Below, one piece after another: positions 1-16,660 of a stretch of 64,000 nt of DNA. The notes beneath the pieces were generated by a model. The model saw only the letters and a list, made by a program, of their open reading frames with translations, did no database searches and had not been told where the DNA came from. The position numbers were made by a program, and so were the translations under genes. Origin of the DNA: Blasia pusilla (Eukaryota); contig CM114271.1 of the NCBI GenBank assembly GCA_050084515.1, forward strand, positions 48,112,001-48,176,000, read 5' to 3'. Positions within the stretch are counted from its first letter, which is position 1. Each line of letters opens with the position of its first letter.

Positions 1-879
1 TATTCTTACTCTTCATACATCTTTCTGCTTTGTGAAGACTCTCGCTGATTCCTTCTTCTTCTTTCTTTTGCTTCTTTACTTTCTTAGTCTTTGCTCTTTG
101 TTCTTCGGTCTTCGTTTAACAATTCTTACCATCTTTCCACACTGCGGTCTTTGCTGTAGTCTTTGCCACAAAGCACCCGCACCCGCGCCTCGTACTCTTA
201 CGTCTTTCTTGTCGCTTCAGGGGAGCTTCTCCATTCCATACTTCCATGACTCAACATGCTTCAACACAATTTTTGCATAGCTTTCTTCTTTACCTCCCAT
301 CTTAAGCCTTTAGTCTTCAATCAGTGAAGACTTCCCTACAATTCTATACAAAAATAATCTTCCTATGAAAATTTCAAAGATGTGAGTGAGTACTTAAATT
401 AAATTTTCCAACTTTCTTTAGATAAGAGACGATCCTACATTTCAAGGGATATGGATGGTTTCCATGACTACACCTTGGAATTGCAAAGATGTCCAATAGA
501 GTTGCAAAGGCATTTGACTAGGAAGTGGATGCCGCGGAGGCTGATAGGTTAACTAAATTTTGTGCGCAACAAGGTGTTAACCTAGAGAGAGCATATGTCG
601 ATCTTAAGACATATAAGGATGAGAAGCAGAATGATGCAGAGTCGGCTCTCCTAGAAAGATTCTGTGTAGAGTTAAGAAGTGCGCAACATCTTTTGAGGGG
701 ACGTACTACTTCTTTGGGGATGACATTGACAATTTCATGTGCAATAACATTGATTTCTCATAAGAATGTAGTAGTAGGACATGATCCGAGCAATATTGTG
801 GGAACCGGTTTATTTTGTACCATTCGAAAACTTACGGAACCCATGGCTTTAGGGAAGAAATGTACTATTGCATGAAGGT

Positions 880-2150
880 GTTACCGTAGACTAGGTTATC
901 CATTAACAACTGTAATCAGGTGATATTCGTTGGTGTTGATGCCACGTCCCTGAGTAAGTTGTATGCTTCTAAAACCAATGGCGAGGTCAAGGTGGCTTGT
1001 ATTGTTGGCACCTTTTATGTCCTTTATCTTTCTCCTATCTGTTGTGACACCAGTTCTTGGCCTTGGTCTTGGCGGACTTGAGCACGTACCTGGTCCTCAA
1101 CATCATGATGAAAGTACTTGGGATGACTTCTATCAAAGGTCGGGTCCACATCTCCTTTGAGAATGGCCTTCCTTGCCTGGTAGGTGTCAGTGCTTTTCTT
1201 CTTGGAGTCTTTGACTTCGCAAAAAGACGGAGCCCCCTACCCTCGTCTTGGTTGTCTCAGCGGTCTTGGTCTTGGAACTCGTGGTGACATCGAAGGCTTC
1301 GTTTAGGAGTTCCTTGGGCCACTCCGAGGATTCTTCGGGTGCCTTTCTGTCGGACTCCTCTTCCCTGATGGTAACTCTCCTTCTCTTGGGGGATGCTAAC
1401 TCCTCCACTAGGACAAGCTGAATGTTTTTTTTATTCTTAGACTATGCTTGTGCTATTGGGGTGGTCACATACTTGACCAGCAACCGCGGAACCTTGGGCT
1501 CCGGGCACTCCATTGTAGTGTGCCCGCCCTTCTTGCAATTTCCGCACAAAAGATTCAGTCCTACTGGCCTCTTGGGGTTTGGGCAATTATTGACCCAAAG
1601 GTTGGCTGCCCCACAATTGTAACAACACTTCCTTTTTATTGGTGGCGTGAAGGCCACAGGGCCCATAATCTGTCTCAAGGATCTCTCTTCCCCGTATTCC
1701 AGGGGCACATACCTTGGGATCCAACTCCGTGCGGGATTAGGGGTTGGCATGGCCTGAATTGCATAACAACCTTCCCATTGGTTGGCTTCATACCACCCTT
1801 CTTCTATAGTTGGGTCTTCCTAGATCCAACGTAGATCTATCTGAAGGTGACACTCTTGGGCAGTATTCCCTTGGGTTCCGCAGGCACTGCACCATACGTT
1901 TGGCCTCATAAGACCTGGTCTTCTTCTAGGGTCCTTCTAGGCCGCCAAATGTACCTTCAACTCCGCCATTTTTTTACTTTACTCCTCAATGGCTGACTTG
2001 CCTACATTCCTCACGGTCCCTCGTACTGGACTTATAGACTTCTGGGTGACATGCTTTGCATGCCTAGTTTTCCACCCATGCTTGGAAGAGCGGTGGCGTG
2101 TGCTTTTTTTCTTCTTCTTGGATTTTGAGTCTTCTTCGGAGTCTGAGGAC
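880..2150 (-). mobile_element. Ty3/Gypsy gag relic with two CCHC zinc knuckles
   Basis: ORF 1442-1750 has CYNCGAANLWVNNC and CGNCKKGGHTTMEC. The minus strand of ~880-1100 (SPLVLEAYNLLRDVASTPTNIT*LQLLMDN) matches the gag region of the Gypsy at 41357-41550 (SPLVLEAYDLLRNLASTPANITLLQLLMDN). Confidence 0.8.
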
Positions 2151-2154
2151 TCCG

Positions 2155-2619
2155 TGGTATGTTGAAGTCTCCCAGCAAGACTATGTTCCCATTTGTCTGG
2201 AACCTAAGGCAATCAATTTTCACACTATTAAACGCTGCCTCTCTTACAACAGCAGATTCACTCTTTATGGGCATGTATATACACCCAATATACATATCTC
2301 GCGAGTTGCACTCTGCTCTGACTTTGACCCATATGTTGTGTTCATACTCAAGCCCTGTGCTGATGATCTCATACCTATCCGCCATGAAGTCCCAGATGAA
2401 GAACCTCATACCTCTATTGTTGTCCGCATGGGTACTGCACATCTTTCCAAACCATGCATAGTGTAGTACATGGTGTATCTCCATTAACTTAGTTTCCCAA
2501 GTTTCCTGACCACCGCATATATGTATTTGATTTTTCAGCAAAACTTCAACAACCTCCAGCCACTTCATTGCATGGGTTAGTCCACAGAAGTTCCAGGTAC
2601 CCAAACGGAGATCTGTCAC
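2155..2619 (-). mobile_element. LINE ORF2 apurinic-like endonuclease fragment
   Basis: APE-type motifs LRLGTWNFCGL, GGQETW, IGCIYMP and VLLGDFN. Truncated just after GDFN. Confidence 0.85.
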
Positions 2620-3635
2620 TAAGTGGGGTGGGGGTCAGCGGGCATGCTTTTGGCATAGGTGTGGGTGCTTGCAACATGGAACCCCTTCATTTGTAGGCTC
2701 TTCATCGCTAGTTCCTTGGAGAGCACTAAAGATATTAGGTGTCTAGATCACCACGGTTTTGTGGAGATGGGCCTTTCCTTCAAGTTGGAACCACCCTCAA
2801 CTACCATAGCCCTCCAACTGTAGGCACGTCTCAGTTCTTGAGACACCTGGTTTTTGTGGCAAGCCAAGTATTGGCCTGCCTTTGATAGACGCCTTGAAGA
2901 TACATTGATGGCCGTTCATCATCCGAGTAACCCCAGTTGTAGCCAGGAATTCAAAGCCCAAAGCTCCACACATTATCTGAAATGAGACAAAGTCTACAGT
3001 GGGACGTTCATTGAAAATGATCATGTGGAATCGTGGTCTCCTCTTGTAGACCACTTTGAACTCTCTGCCCAGATTTGGATTGTGGGGAGCCTTTGATCGT
3101 CTCACATAAACATGTCGGTATTCCCCATCCAGCTTGGGAATGTTGAACTTTGGTATGCGCCTTTGATAGGTGAACTGATACTCCTCACAAGCTTGGGAGG
3201 ACAGAGATATGTAAGGCTCAAGGCCGCTGAATATGTAGAGGTTTGGCAAACAATTGATTTAGGATCTGGGGAGAATGTTTAAGCTCCCAGCCCGAGAGTC
3301 CAGGCAGAGACTCGCTGTCCTGTTTGTGCAGAGGGGTTGCCTCCAAGCGGCAGGATGCCCAAAGAGAGCCCGCTTGTTACCCCCAAAGATCATCACTACC
3401 TGCCAAGGTGAATAGCCCTGGCATTAAGTTGTAGAGGAGGGCCCGTGAATCCAGCTTCCAAAGGAGAGGTCTCCATTTCTCCAACTAAGTCCACAGGACG
3501 CCTTACTTGTGGCACAACTGCCACAAGTCATATGGATTACATGACACAATAATCCACACCTACCAACTAGGGGAACAACATCGCAAGCTCACAACAGGTA
3601 TTGCTATATTTCTTGCACGCGCTTCACTCATTATA

Positions 3636-6489
<2,854 letters not shown>

Positions 6490-6490
<1 letters not shown>

Positions 6491-7030
6491 GTGAGGAAGC
6501 TGACATCATACCTTGAAACACCTTTAGCTACACCACTACAAGAGTGTCCCTTTCTTTGGTGTTGGCATCCCATAATGCTAAGCCATATTCCAATGAGGGA
6601 CAAGTGGTGTGTAGGATGACACAGCGCCTTGCAACCATAGACCCTGCACCCTAGTTGGATGGTGCTTGAGACTGGGTGTAAAGAAGAAGTGGAGAATACA
6701 CCCTATGAGAGGAAGGGGCCGCTCTCATATAGTGTGAGTGCTATCCATAGAAAGTGTTGGTGCAGCTTCCAAGAGTCCACCAGGAATCTTTTCACCAAAC
6801 CATCTACTTTACCTGATCGGGATCCCCATTACACATTATTCACCATTGCCGCAGCTTTGGGCAGTGAATCTGGGCTACTGAATGTGTTGAACACTTCTGG
6901 TGTTACCAGTTTAGCAATATCAGCATATGCTCTTGCTATGTGTTATAAATGATGTGCAGGAGACCGAGTAGTGACTTAAGGTTTCATCCCCATCATCACA
7001 CAAAGCACAAGAGTTTAGTTGTAGACTCTA
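6490..7030 (-). mobile_element. Scrambled, more diverged pieces of the same LINE family
   Basis: 6495-6625 resembles 4587-4715. 6625-7025 resembles the reverse complement of the 3' end of the copy at 15640-16060. Confidence 0.75.
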
Positions 7031-7387
7031 GCAAAGAGAGAAGAGAGGGTATTTTCCTTGGTTGGATTTTGCTCAGAACAGTAGAATGGTAAGAATTTTG
7101 CAGCGTCGTCCTAAAAGCTTGATATCAGACAAAAACGAAAACTGAAGTCACAGATTCTCTCATTGACATAACAACATTGTACAAAGGATGAGATGTACTC
7201 ATTTTCTTTCCTGGAAATCACTGCTCCTCTTTGAGTTAACAGCTATTCAACCACTCTATGTATCAATTTGGAATCAAATAAATCTGATCGCCCAATTGAG
7301 TTCTACTAGGGATGCCTAAGCAATGTGCAAAAGCTATACATACCATCTGGACCTTTCGCTATTCCTTACATTTAGATAGACAGATAC

Positions 7388-9589
7388 CTAAAGTTTACTA
7401 TTGTCTTCTACTCCTAAAGTCTTCTCGGGGTTGAGTTCAGAAGATGGCTCCTGTGTCTCTACCGTTTCACTTGGTGCTGGAGGGTCCGGCAAAGGATCTG
7501 CACCCCAAAAGAGCTGTATAGAGTACAATGCTAAGCCAATAGAGTTTGCTGCAAACACAAACGTCGCCAGATACAATAAACCATTTATGATAGTCCTGCG
7601 ATACAGTTGACCCACAAAATCATGAGGCATGTGAGTACTAGATAATAGTGTATGGAAACATGAAGCCAAACCAGGACACACTAACAAGATTGCTTTGAAG
7701 TGCCTGTCCCAGATGATCTCATTTAGAGAATGAATACGAGGCTACAGCCACAGCCATTATCAGCCCGTGATCTACAGCCAAGAGCTGCTGCAAGAAATGA
7801 CACAATTTTCCATTTTCATCTGCTGGAAATAGAGCCCACACAAAGTTTCTGTGCTGTGAATGGGAACCTTAAGTTCCGTGATAATTCCCTTATTTCACAC
7901 TATTTGTTTCCTCTTTCTACCCTTAGTTTCCTGTTAAAATTGCGGACTCCTATGATTCCATCTCTTCATTCTCCACTAATAGTTGGTTACTAAGTGCAGC
8001 ATGACTTTTCAGAAAATACAGGAAATCTTCAAAGCTAGAGTTCATGAACCTTGGCTTACCCTAAATCCTGAACTTACCTTATTGTAATTGTCAAGTTGCG
8101 AATCTGCAAGAAACAAGGTTGCTTTCACGTCAATTTTTGCAGAGCGTCATTCCTTACTCAAACAGAATGTATTGACTCACATAAAACATCCCATAACAAA
8201 TCACCAAGCTTCTTCAAACAAATACGCACACATATTCATACATGAATGTCAGTAATCCTCATTGTCAGGGAACAACCATCTAACAATTCTGTTCTTATCA
8301 GAAATACTCTGGACAAGTTCATACAGGCACCAAGAGATTTAATTCTAACAGCTCAAGGTCAAAAAATTACTGAATAGTTCGTGGAGACTGCTTTGCCAGA
8401 AAATCCCCCTTCCACTGTAGTTGCAAACTTGTAGAGCCCGAAAGCTATTACACCTGCTACCACAGCCCCGAACACAGTTTGCACAGCTGAAGGAGGGGGA
8501 GTTGGCACCTCTGGTGCTTTCTTCAGGTTATCAATGGCAGATTTTCTTGCCTCTTCCTGCACACTCTTCACCGCCTGTGCACCTGAAGACCGAAATTTCT
8601 GCACACAAATAAGCAAGGTTTGATTTAAAAGTAGCTGAAACTTAAAGGTCCAAGTTCCATGGTTGCACCCTCTCCCAGACATTAAGGAGGGCAGGGGACC
8701 AATAAATGATGCCTTTCATCCATCCCAGCTGCATTTCCAGTAAGGGAACTGCATCTGACAGCTCTGAGAAGAGCAAAACTGAATTTCAGAGATTGCAACT
8801 ACATGTTTTAGGTGTGATTGCAAAGTTCACAAGACCAATTGATGCTTTTAGCTTGTGTGCATCCACTCTCTTATAGACTGAAAAAGAGGATGCATGAGAG
8901 CTACTAGTCCATGTCTCCATTCTTCAAAAAAATGGATATTTGAATTTCACTTCAGAATGTCATTACCAAGTCCTTTGCTCGCTGTACCCTTCTACGAAAA
9001 CTCCGCAAGAGGAGCACACCAATGGTCCCAGTAAGCACAAAACTAGCAACAATTTGTGCTGGGTTTGCCTCTGGTATTTCAAATGGATCCATCTCTTCTT
9101 TGGAAGGAAGCTCTACTGGGCCTTCCTCAAATTCGCTTTCGTCAGTCACTTGAAAAACTGAATTCCCCTCATTCACACTGGCCCTTAATTGAGCGTCATT
9201 TGGTGATCTCAAAACACTTAAACTCTTTCTCAAAACTGATCTTTCTTTCCTGAATAGCAACTCTGTAGTCCACTCCCCCATAATCATAGATAGAGTCCAG
9301 TATCAGTGTCAAAAAAGCATTGTCAAAGACAGTTTGGAGAATAACAAAATGATCAAGACTACTGAAAGTTTTATTTCAACCTGAAGAATAAGACCTGGTG
9401 AAAAAACAAGACGTGATGGTCATCAATCAGCAATGTTCCAGGTTTTTTACAGGATTCGACATCTAATCTTCAAGAAATCAAGATGAAAAGGAAAACAATT
9501 GAACCTCACTTCATTAGATGTCGTTAAAGAGCTTCATGAACTCACTTGAATCAGTTTCCGGCCACTTGTCTCTGCTCGAGAATACTCCC
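7388..9589 (-). CDS. DUF3082-family plastid membrane protein (resembles Arabidopsis At3g15110). Spliced; N-terminal exons unresolved and may extend to ~10.3 kb
   Basis: GT-AG exons 9157-8967, 8598-8371, 8103-8078 and 7595-7388 join in frame as ...EANPAQIVASFVLTGTIGVLLLRSFRRRVQRAKDL|KFRSSG...PSAVQTVFGAVVAGVIAFGLYKF...STNYS|IRNLTITI|RTIINGLLYLATFVFAANSIGLALYSIQL. A probable additional exon lies at 9589-9546. Confidence 0.85.
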
Positions 9590-11786
9590 TACAGCAAAGC
9601 AGTGTTCACAGTGCAAACATAAGTGGCAGATCTCTCCACAATCATACGACTCCCACAGTGAACTCCTATCCTTCTACTTACATTCAACCTATGTTTCACC
9701 GTTCATGGAATGCTAATCGACTAGGTATTCATTAAACTCCAAGTCATTCCTCGAAGTCCCACGATTTCTGCAGCTCGAAAATATGCCACCACTACCACCC
9801 CTGTAAAGTACGACGAGCGGGGTTCAACCGAGTTCTAGAATGACACCTGCAGTTCCTCCAAGTTCTTTCTGGGATCCCTGCAAATAATTCCGACAATGAA
9901 ACATGTCAACATATTTTTGAGAAACTGGAAGGTTTGAGTGATTAGTACCGTTCTTACCTAGCTCGTGATGAACATTACAAAGTCGTAACACAGAAAACTA
10001 TAAAAGAAACTAAATTCCAAAATCCTTCTAGGAGCAAATGAAAAATTGAATCCCCAAGTTCAGATTTTCCCCGACTCCAGAGCCTCAAAGCAGGTCGACA
10101 AATCATTTTAAGTACACTAAATCATTTGTCAGAATTCTGACCACTGAATCTCTACTCACTGATCCATTGCTCTGCTGCAGCGCAAGAAGCTGGTTAAGAA
10201 AAACTGGAAGCAGAAGAGTTGATCATAACCGGAGAGTGGCTCGGAAAGGAAGATTTCCACGCAGCGCTCCATTCCTTCGCCAATTTGAAAGTAATTTCGA
10301 TCCTCTTCGCACAATCTGAGGAGTTGAGCAGGAGCGGCAGCAACCTGCAGTTACCAAGGCTCTCATGTTGCTGGCTGTCAAGTAAGCTTTACTACTCGTG
10401 CACGTTACGCGCTGCTACAGCATTGGGATCAGCTGCGTCGCCATATCTTCCACAGTTGAAATAAAACCTGTGAGAGCGGAATTGTGACGATATGATGGGA
10501 TGGATTGGCCAACCCGTCCCACCACCTTGAGTAGGGCCCACCTCCCCCGGCATTCTGGACACTCATCTCAACAACAGATCTATTCATAAGCGAATGGGCG
10601 GTTAATCGCATTTACGTCCCAAACGTTGTACGGGGAAATCAACTAATGAGGACACCTATGGATATAAACAATTATGCGGGCTTGGTTTTTTTTATTTTTT
10701 TTATTTTATTTCATATCTATATGGGTTCTTAAACACTTGACAAATGTCATTTGAAGAGAAGGAGTTCAATTAAGAGGAAAGGAGGTTTTTGAAAATCATT
10801 CGTGTGTAGCAACCCTCTAGTAGTATATAAAAAGAATACTAACAAGGCATTATGGCAGCGTAGTGGAGGAAAATCGTGTGGACTATGGAGTTGATGGAAC
10901 ACTAATACAGCATGAAGGAAGTAACACACTCCTACTACTTACTAATGTTGTGAAAAAAATTTAGAGTGGATGAATAGGTAAATACTAACACGGAGCATAA
11001 TGAGTCAAAATGTTTTTATTTTGGCTCACATCTCCATTCACATAAGAAATCCCAGTGGAATACGTGGCATCTAGAGAGAGAGAACCGATTCATACGGCCT
11101 AATAGTAGGGCCCGTAACTAGTGTAATCCCGTTTAGGGTTTAATAAGGGTTTAAATTAGTTCCTCGTGCGTATTCATCCTTGAGTTAAGCTAACCCAAGG
11201 GTACGACGGCGATGCCCAAGTTGTCCTGGACACGAACAAGAAACTGAAGGTGGCGAGAGGAAAGCGGCTAACGGCATGTGACAGAGGAGGCCGAAGGGGA
11301 GAGGAGATTGTAGGCGGCCGGGGGCGGCAGTAGGCGGGAGCAACTTTCAAAATTTCTTCAAGGTGGTGGAGGGAACATCCATAGAGGTCGTCAGGCAAGG
11401 CAGAGGGTGGGCTCAATCGGGCTTGAGGGGCTTGAGCGATGCATTGTAGGGGGAGGGGGAGGGGGAGGGCCTACATTTTATTGGCAGGTGAGACCATGGA
11501 GTACCTGAGGTTCACAAGTTATGGAATTCGAGGTACTATAGAGGAGGGTGCTACACATGGGGGGAACTCAATACGAGGTTGTCAGGGAAGGAGAAGTAAC
11601 TTCTGATTTTGTAAGGCCCAAGGTGAATCCTCGTCTTGCTTAATTCACTGCTTGTGGCAATGTTAGAGCTTCGATATTTTCCCCTCTTTAGTTCCCTTCA
11701 TCAATTCACTTGTCAGTTCTTGTCTTAATTTTTTGATTGGGACATTGATTGTAATATCATGTCACTTTTGAGCATTAGACTTAAAC

Positions 11787-13060
11787 ATGTTCAAACACCC
11801 TCAACATATGTTTCACATTCCTCCTCCAAGACCCTTTTTGTCGACTCATCTTAAATGGACGAAAGAGGAGGCCACAATCCGTCTGGATAGGTTCAACAAT
11901 TTTCTTGAAGGGAAGGGAAACAAAGAGAATTTCCATTGTGCCCTCAAGATTAGAAATTCTAGTGAGAGGACGACATCTTGGCACATAATCCAATATTATT
12001 ATGCATATGGACCATATGACTTTTGAAACATTGTTAAAAAAAATATCCCTAATAGTGTACAAAAAGGGAAAAAGAAATGTCCAAACAATAGACTGCTAGC
12101 TCAATTGACATTTCTTGGTACATGTGTTTCTCGAGGATGTCAAGGCCACTTTGCAAAGTTGGTGTATGTAGAAAGACCAAATTCGTGTTTGGTTCGGTGG
12201 ATGCATCTGAAACACACTGACAAGAATAATGAATTTTGTCACGGTACGTTGGATAAGAGTACATTTGTACCAAATGCTCATATTGCATCATGTCTATCTA
12301 ATAGATGTCATGAGTTTGTTGAACGTTTGTTTAGAGATAGTGTTTAGCCTGCAGACATTTAAAAAGAACACCACAAACACATTAGAGAGAGGTGTTCAGG
12401 AAGTACATTTGAGAACCTGATATTGTCAAGGGATATGAACCTCACCATGAAAGATATGTGTAACATCAAACTACAATTGAAGCTAAATTCACATCATTAC
12501 AGTCCATGTGATGCAATTGTAGTAAGAATGTAGGTCCAACAACATCCTGGTTTGGCTTTGTTGTATCAAGAATAGAACAAAGCACAACATGTTCCATTTT
12601 GCTTAGTAGTTGCAACGCCATGGATGCTTGAGAAGCTTGCTACTTTGAGCCAAGAAAGCGTAGTGGGAATGGATTCAACTTTTGGAACTAATCTTTATGA
12701 GGTAATACATTTCATCTCTCCACCAATCCAGTGTGAAAATATGGACACGGTAGGCAGTAAATATTTTGAAATTCAAGTAGTGAAGTATTTTTTTTATTCT
12801 ATTTCATATAAGAATGCGGAAGTTGCCAATTCAAACTAACTATATGAATTTTCTCCTTGTGATTATAGTTCCAACTAATTACACTTATATGCTACAACAA
12901 ATTTCAAAACGGAATTCCATTTGCTTGGGTTTTGATGGAGAAACACACGTAAGCTGATATTGTGGAGGTGTTAAGTGCCATCAAATTGCAAGTGAACTAT
13001 TACATAAGGGAAGTACTTCAATCTTTTGAGAAATGGAGGCCATCTTGTTTCATAGTGGTC
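11787..13060 (+). pseudogene. Degenerate Mutator-like (MULE) transposase
   Basis: Fragments YYYAYGPYDF, SRGCQGHF...H (WRKY/FAR1-like finger), TPWMLEKLA...GMDSTFGTN (first catalytic D), a likely intron at ~12702-12868, then NGIPFAWVLME and WRPSCFIV. Multiple stops and frameshifts. Confidence 0.75.
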
Positions 13061-13804
13061 ATAAACCAGTATTTTGTGACTACTTCCAAACCTATTGGCT
13101 TCCCAAGATCCAGAGAAGGCCACCCAAATATCGGAGCATCATGCACAAGGAGAGCAAATTAGAATATAACAGGTGTTGTGGAGCATTGGTATTCCATGTT
13201 GACAACTCACTTGAAAGCTTCAAAGAGAACTAAATATCAACGTCACCTATAATGGCTATTGCATGTGTTAGTGGGCAAAGTAGAGTTGTATTATTGGTGT
13301 ACCTCAAATTTGAAGATGCAAGGGTGTGTGTAGAATCGAATGGTGGAGAAAAATGTGCTCATGCTAAGTCCATCCCAAATGAGCATGTTACATGTACATC
13401 CATTAGCCAAAGGAAAGTTGAATTTGCGAGAAGTCAATCTAAACCCCTCCAAACTCATGAAGTGGTTGATTTTGACAAGGATGATAGCACTTGCACTTGC
13501 TCCACGGACGTGAATTTGATGTTCAAGAAACTAAACTCGCATCCACAATCTTGTTTTCTTATACATGTGAAGGCTCTTCTAATAGGAAGGTCCCATAGAA
13601 ACTGATATCCTACTATATTTGGGTAGAAAGAAGGGGATATTGGGGGGGGGATGAAACGGCTAATAGGTGAGAGCCACAGAGGTAGGGAACCCGCGACCCT
13701 CGTTGACTTTAATTTCCCTATGGTGGATGGTCAGGCCCCCAAAGTAGGTAGAGAGGAAGAATTGGTTTCTATGGTAGAAAAATGTCAAGATTGACTATTG
13801 TCCT

Positions 13805-14545
13805 CTATTCTGCGACCCGTCGGGTCCCAACGTGTTGCAAGACCCAGGAGCCACCTACTGCAACCCGTCCGATTCCGACGGGTTGCAAGAACCTTTGGCC
13901 ACTCCGGGCTGGAAGATCCAAGTGCAAGTCATCCGAAACCCATCCGGGTCAAACTATTTGCAAGCCTTGTATACATACGACTTGCATACTTGTATACGGG
14001 TTGCACCAAAATTCTTGATACAACCCGTCGGTTTCCAACTGGTTGCACACTCAAGAAACCCATCCGTTTCCGAAGGGTTGCACACTCGGGCAACCCGTCG
14101 CACCCGACCAATTGCTTGGTTTCTTTGGTTTGAAATCCCTATAGTTCCCACGCTTCTCAACTTGAGCTGCAACTTTTCAAACAATTCTCAGCATGAGCTT
14201 GACAAGACGAAATAGTGAACTCACCTGCCGCATGAAGTTTTCCCATTGTCTCATACGTACAGTCCACCAACTCAGCCAAGAGCACAACTCTTTGTACTTC
14301 CCCTCAATCGCATCCTTCCTCCACCACCCATGAAGTTCTTCTTGGCATTCCATGGCCTGTTTCAAGGTTTTTCTGTCCTTGCAGCGTTGGAGTAGAGTGA
14401 TGCTCTATCCTCTTATTCTCCTTGATGCAAGATTTGGTGTATCGGGTCACAGACTCTTGCCAATGGAAAGCATCCGACCTTTCCCTCTCCGGTTGAACCT
14501 CTCCACCCCAGAACACTTCCCTGATAGCAATCCACCCAGGTTGTG
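13805..14545 (-). mobile_element. Detached fragment of the palindrome-rich Mutator-like element (homolog of 53595-54298)
   Basis: Colinear, high nucleotide similarity to 53.6-54.3 kb. Encodes QPGWIAIREVFWGG...DAFHWQESV and carries the CAACCCGTCGG palindromes. Confidence 0.92.
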
Positions 14546-16084
14546 AAGAGTGGGACATTCGACATCAAGCAAGGAGTGGCTCAAGGATGCCCGCTCTCCC
14601 CCACCCTCTTCAACATTTTCGTGAATTCCCTATTGGAAGAAATGGAGGATAGTGGACTAGGCATACAGGTGGGCAACAACTCTATTGTTGCCCTCATGTT
14701 TGCTGATGACTTTGGTGGCCTCGAGGAAACAGGAGAGAAACTCCAAGAGATGATCTCCCTTACCAAAATCTGCTGTGACATGTGGGGCATGGAGGCAAAT
14801 GTACTGAAGTGCGGTGTGATGATTTTCAATGGCAAGGAGGAGGACCAAGACCAACAGTGGTAATGGGGTGACCAAGAGATCCCCCGTGTGGCTACCTACA
14901 CCTATCTGGGCATAGAATTCTCGGAAGATTGCATGTGGGATGCACACATCAAGAAGACTACTGAGAAAGGCCACAAGAAGGTGAACGGTCTGTCTAGATT
15001 CCTATAGTGCCGGGACATCACATCATAAGTAAAGCGTTGTGTCATTTTGCATACCATTCGTCCCTCGCTGGAATACAGGGCAGCAGTGTGGGATGCCAAC
15101 ACCAAACAAAGGGATAGGCTTGAAGCTGTGCAGCTGAAGGCGTTTCGGGGTATGATGTCAACTTCATCACAAACAGCCCGCGTTGGTGTGAGATCAGAAC
15201 TAGATGTGGAACCCTTGGAGGATAGACGTGACATCGCCAAGTTGAAATGGCGGAGGCAGCTGGAGACAATGGACTCCCATTGCTATCCTAAAGAGGTGAT
15301 GGGGAAAACCTGGACCCAAAGAAGACCCGTACAACAGGCCAAATCTTGGACGAAGAAGGTTCAAGAGATTGTGCAAGCATCCAAGCTCCCAGAAGGGCCT
15401 GAACTGTGGGAGCAAGATGAGAAAGCATTCGTGGATACCATAACCAAAGCAGTGGGCAAACGCTCACAGCAGAATAGCAAGGAGGAAGCCATGAAAATGT
15501 CTGACCTCTCTCTTTTGACGGTATATCCCGAGAGGGCAGAATTGAAGAACTACTTGCGGGACCCCTTGCTTGGGAACCCAGCTCAAGTTCAAGTTCAGGA
15601 CGGGGGCAATCCCCTTGAACCATAAGAAAAGCAGGATGGGAATACAACTAAACTCTTGCGCCTTGTGTGACGATGGGGACGAAACCTCTGGTCATTACTT
15701 GGTCTCCTGCGCAAAATTCACAACACACAGAGCAAGAGCATATGCTGATATTGCTAAGCTGGTAGCACCAGAATAGTTCAACACATTCAGTAGCCTTGAT
15801 TCATTGCCCAAAGTCTTTGACTGGTAAGTAATGTCTATTGGGGATCCCAATCAGGTAAAGTAGATTGTGTGATGAAGAGTTTTTGGTTGACACTTGGAAG
15901 CTCCGCACAAACACGTTGTTTGGTCAGCACTCACACTATATGAGAATGTCTCCCTCCTCTCATATGGTACCTTCTTCACTTGCTTCTCTCTCTACACCCA
16001 TCCCAGTCTCAAACATCGTCCAACCAGGGCGTGGGTTTAGGTCTATGGTCGCAAGGCTACGACAAGCACTACTTAATGAGTACA

Positions 16085-16140
<56 letters not shown>
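14546..16140 (+). mobile_element. 5'-truncated LINE of the same family as 3902-6490, with a C-terminal CCHC finger and a (TC)n tail
   Basis: QGCPLSPTLFNIF, MFADD and CALCDDGDETSGHYLVSC. Ends in (CT)n at ~16087-16140. The 5' junction interrupts the transposon fragment after CCAGGTTGTG. Confidence 0.93.
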
Positions 16141-16143
<3 letters not shown>

Positions 16144-16541
16144 CATAAATCCGTCTTTGCGTCGGCATCCATTCGTCCTCATCCTCTTAGAGAGTAATAT
16201 CTCTTTCCCTCTCTCCAATCTACAATGTGTCTGACTATGGGTGTGCTTATTAATATACTCTATTAATTTCTATTGTTATAAATTATTATTATGAGAAAGT
16301 ATATATTTTATGATTTTAAATCTGGACCAAGCCTACAATGAAACCATCTTATTTGATCTATTTGGATCTTTAGGAAATGATGGATGGTTGAACTGATGAT
16401 ACGTGGATCGCAACAAATTGAGTTGAGTTGAAAAACATATAAGAGAATCGAAGTGAAGTGAATTGAATTGAATCAAGGTGAGTTGAGTTGAGGACATTGA
16501 TGGTTGCGAGAGGTTATATTTAGTAGGAAATCAGGGGAGGA

Positions 16542-16660
16542 ATGGGGAAGTCGTTGGTGTTTTCTTTGAATGGAGAGAGAGTGGAGCTGAGTAGCGTGGA
16601 TCCCCAGACCAGCATCCTGAATTACATCCCCAACCAGACCAATTTTAAGGGCACCGAATA
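16542..16660 (+). pseudogene. N-terminal fragment of an aldehyde oxidase / xanthine dehydrogenase family gene
   Basis: MGKSLVFSLNGERVELSSVDPQTSILNYIPNQTNFKGT matches the plant AO/XDH N-terminus. Similarity breaks off before the KLGCGEGGCGAC Fe-S motif. Confidence 0.75.

Noticed and set aside
525-875. 116-aa ORF (and the 150-aa ORF at 2797-3249)
   Set aside because: Non-ATG starts, no recognisable domain, and embedded in TE debris.
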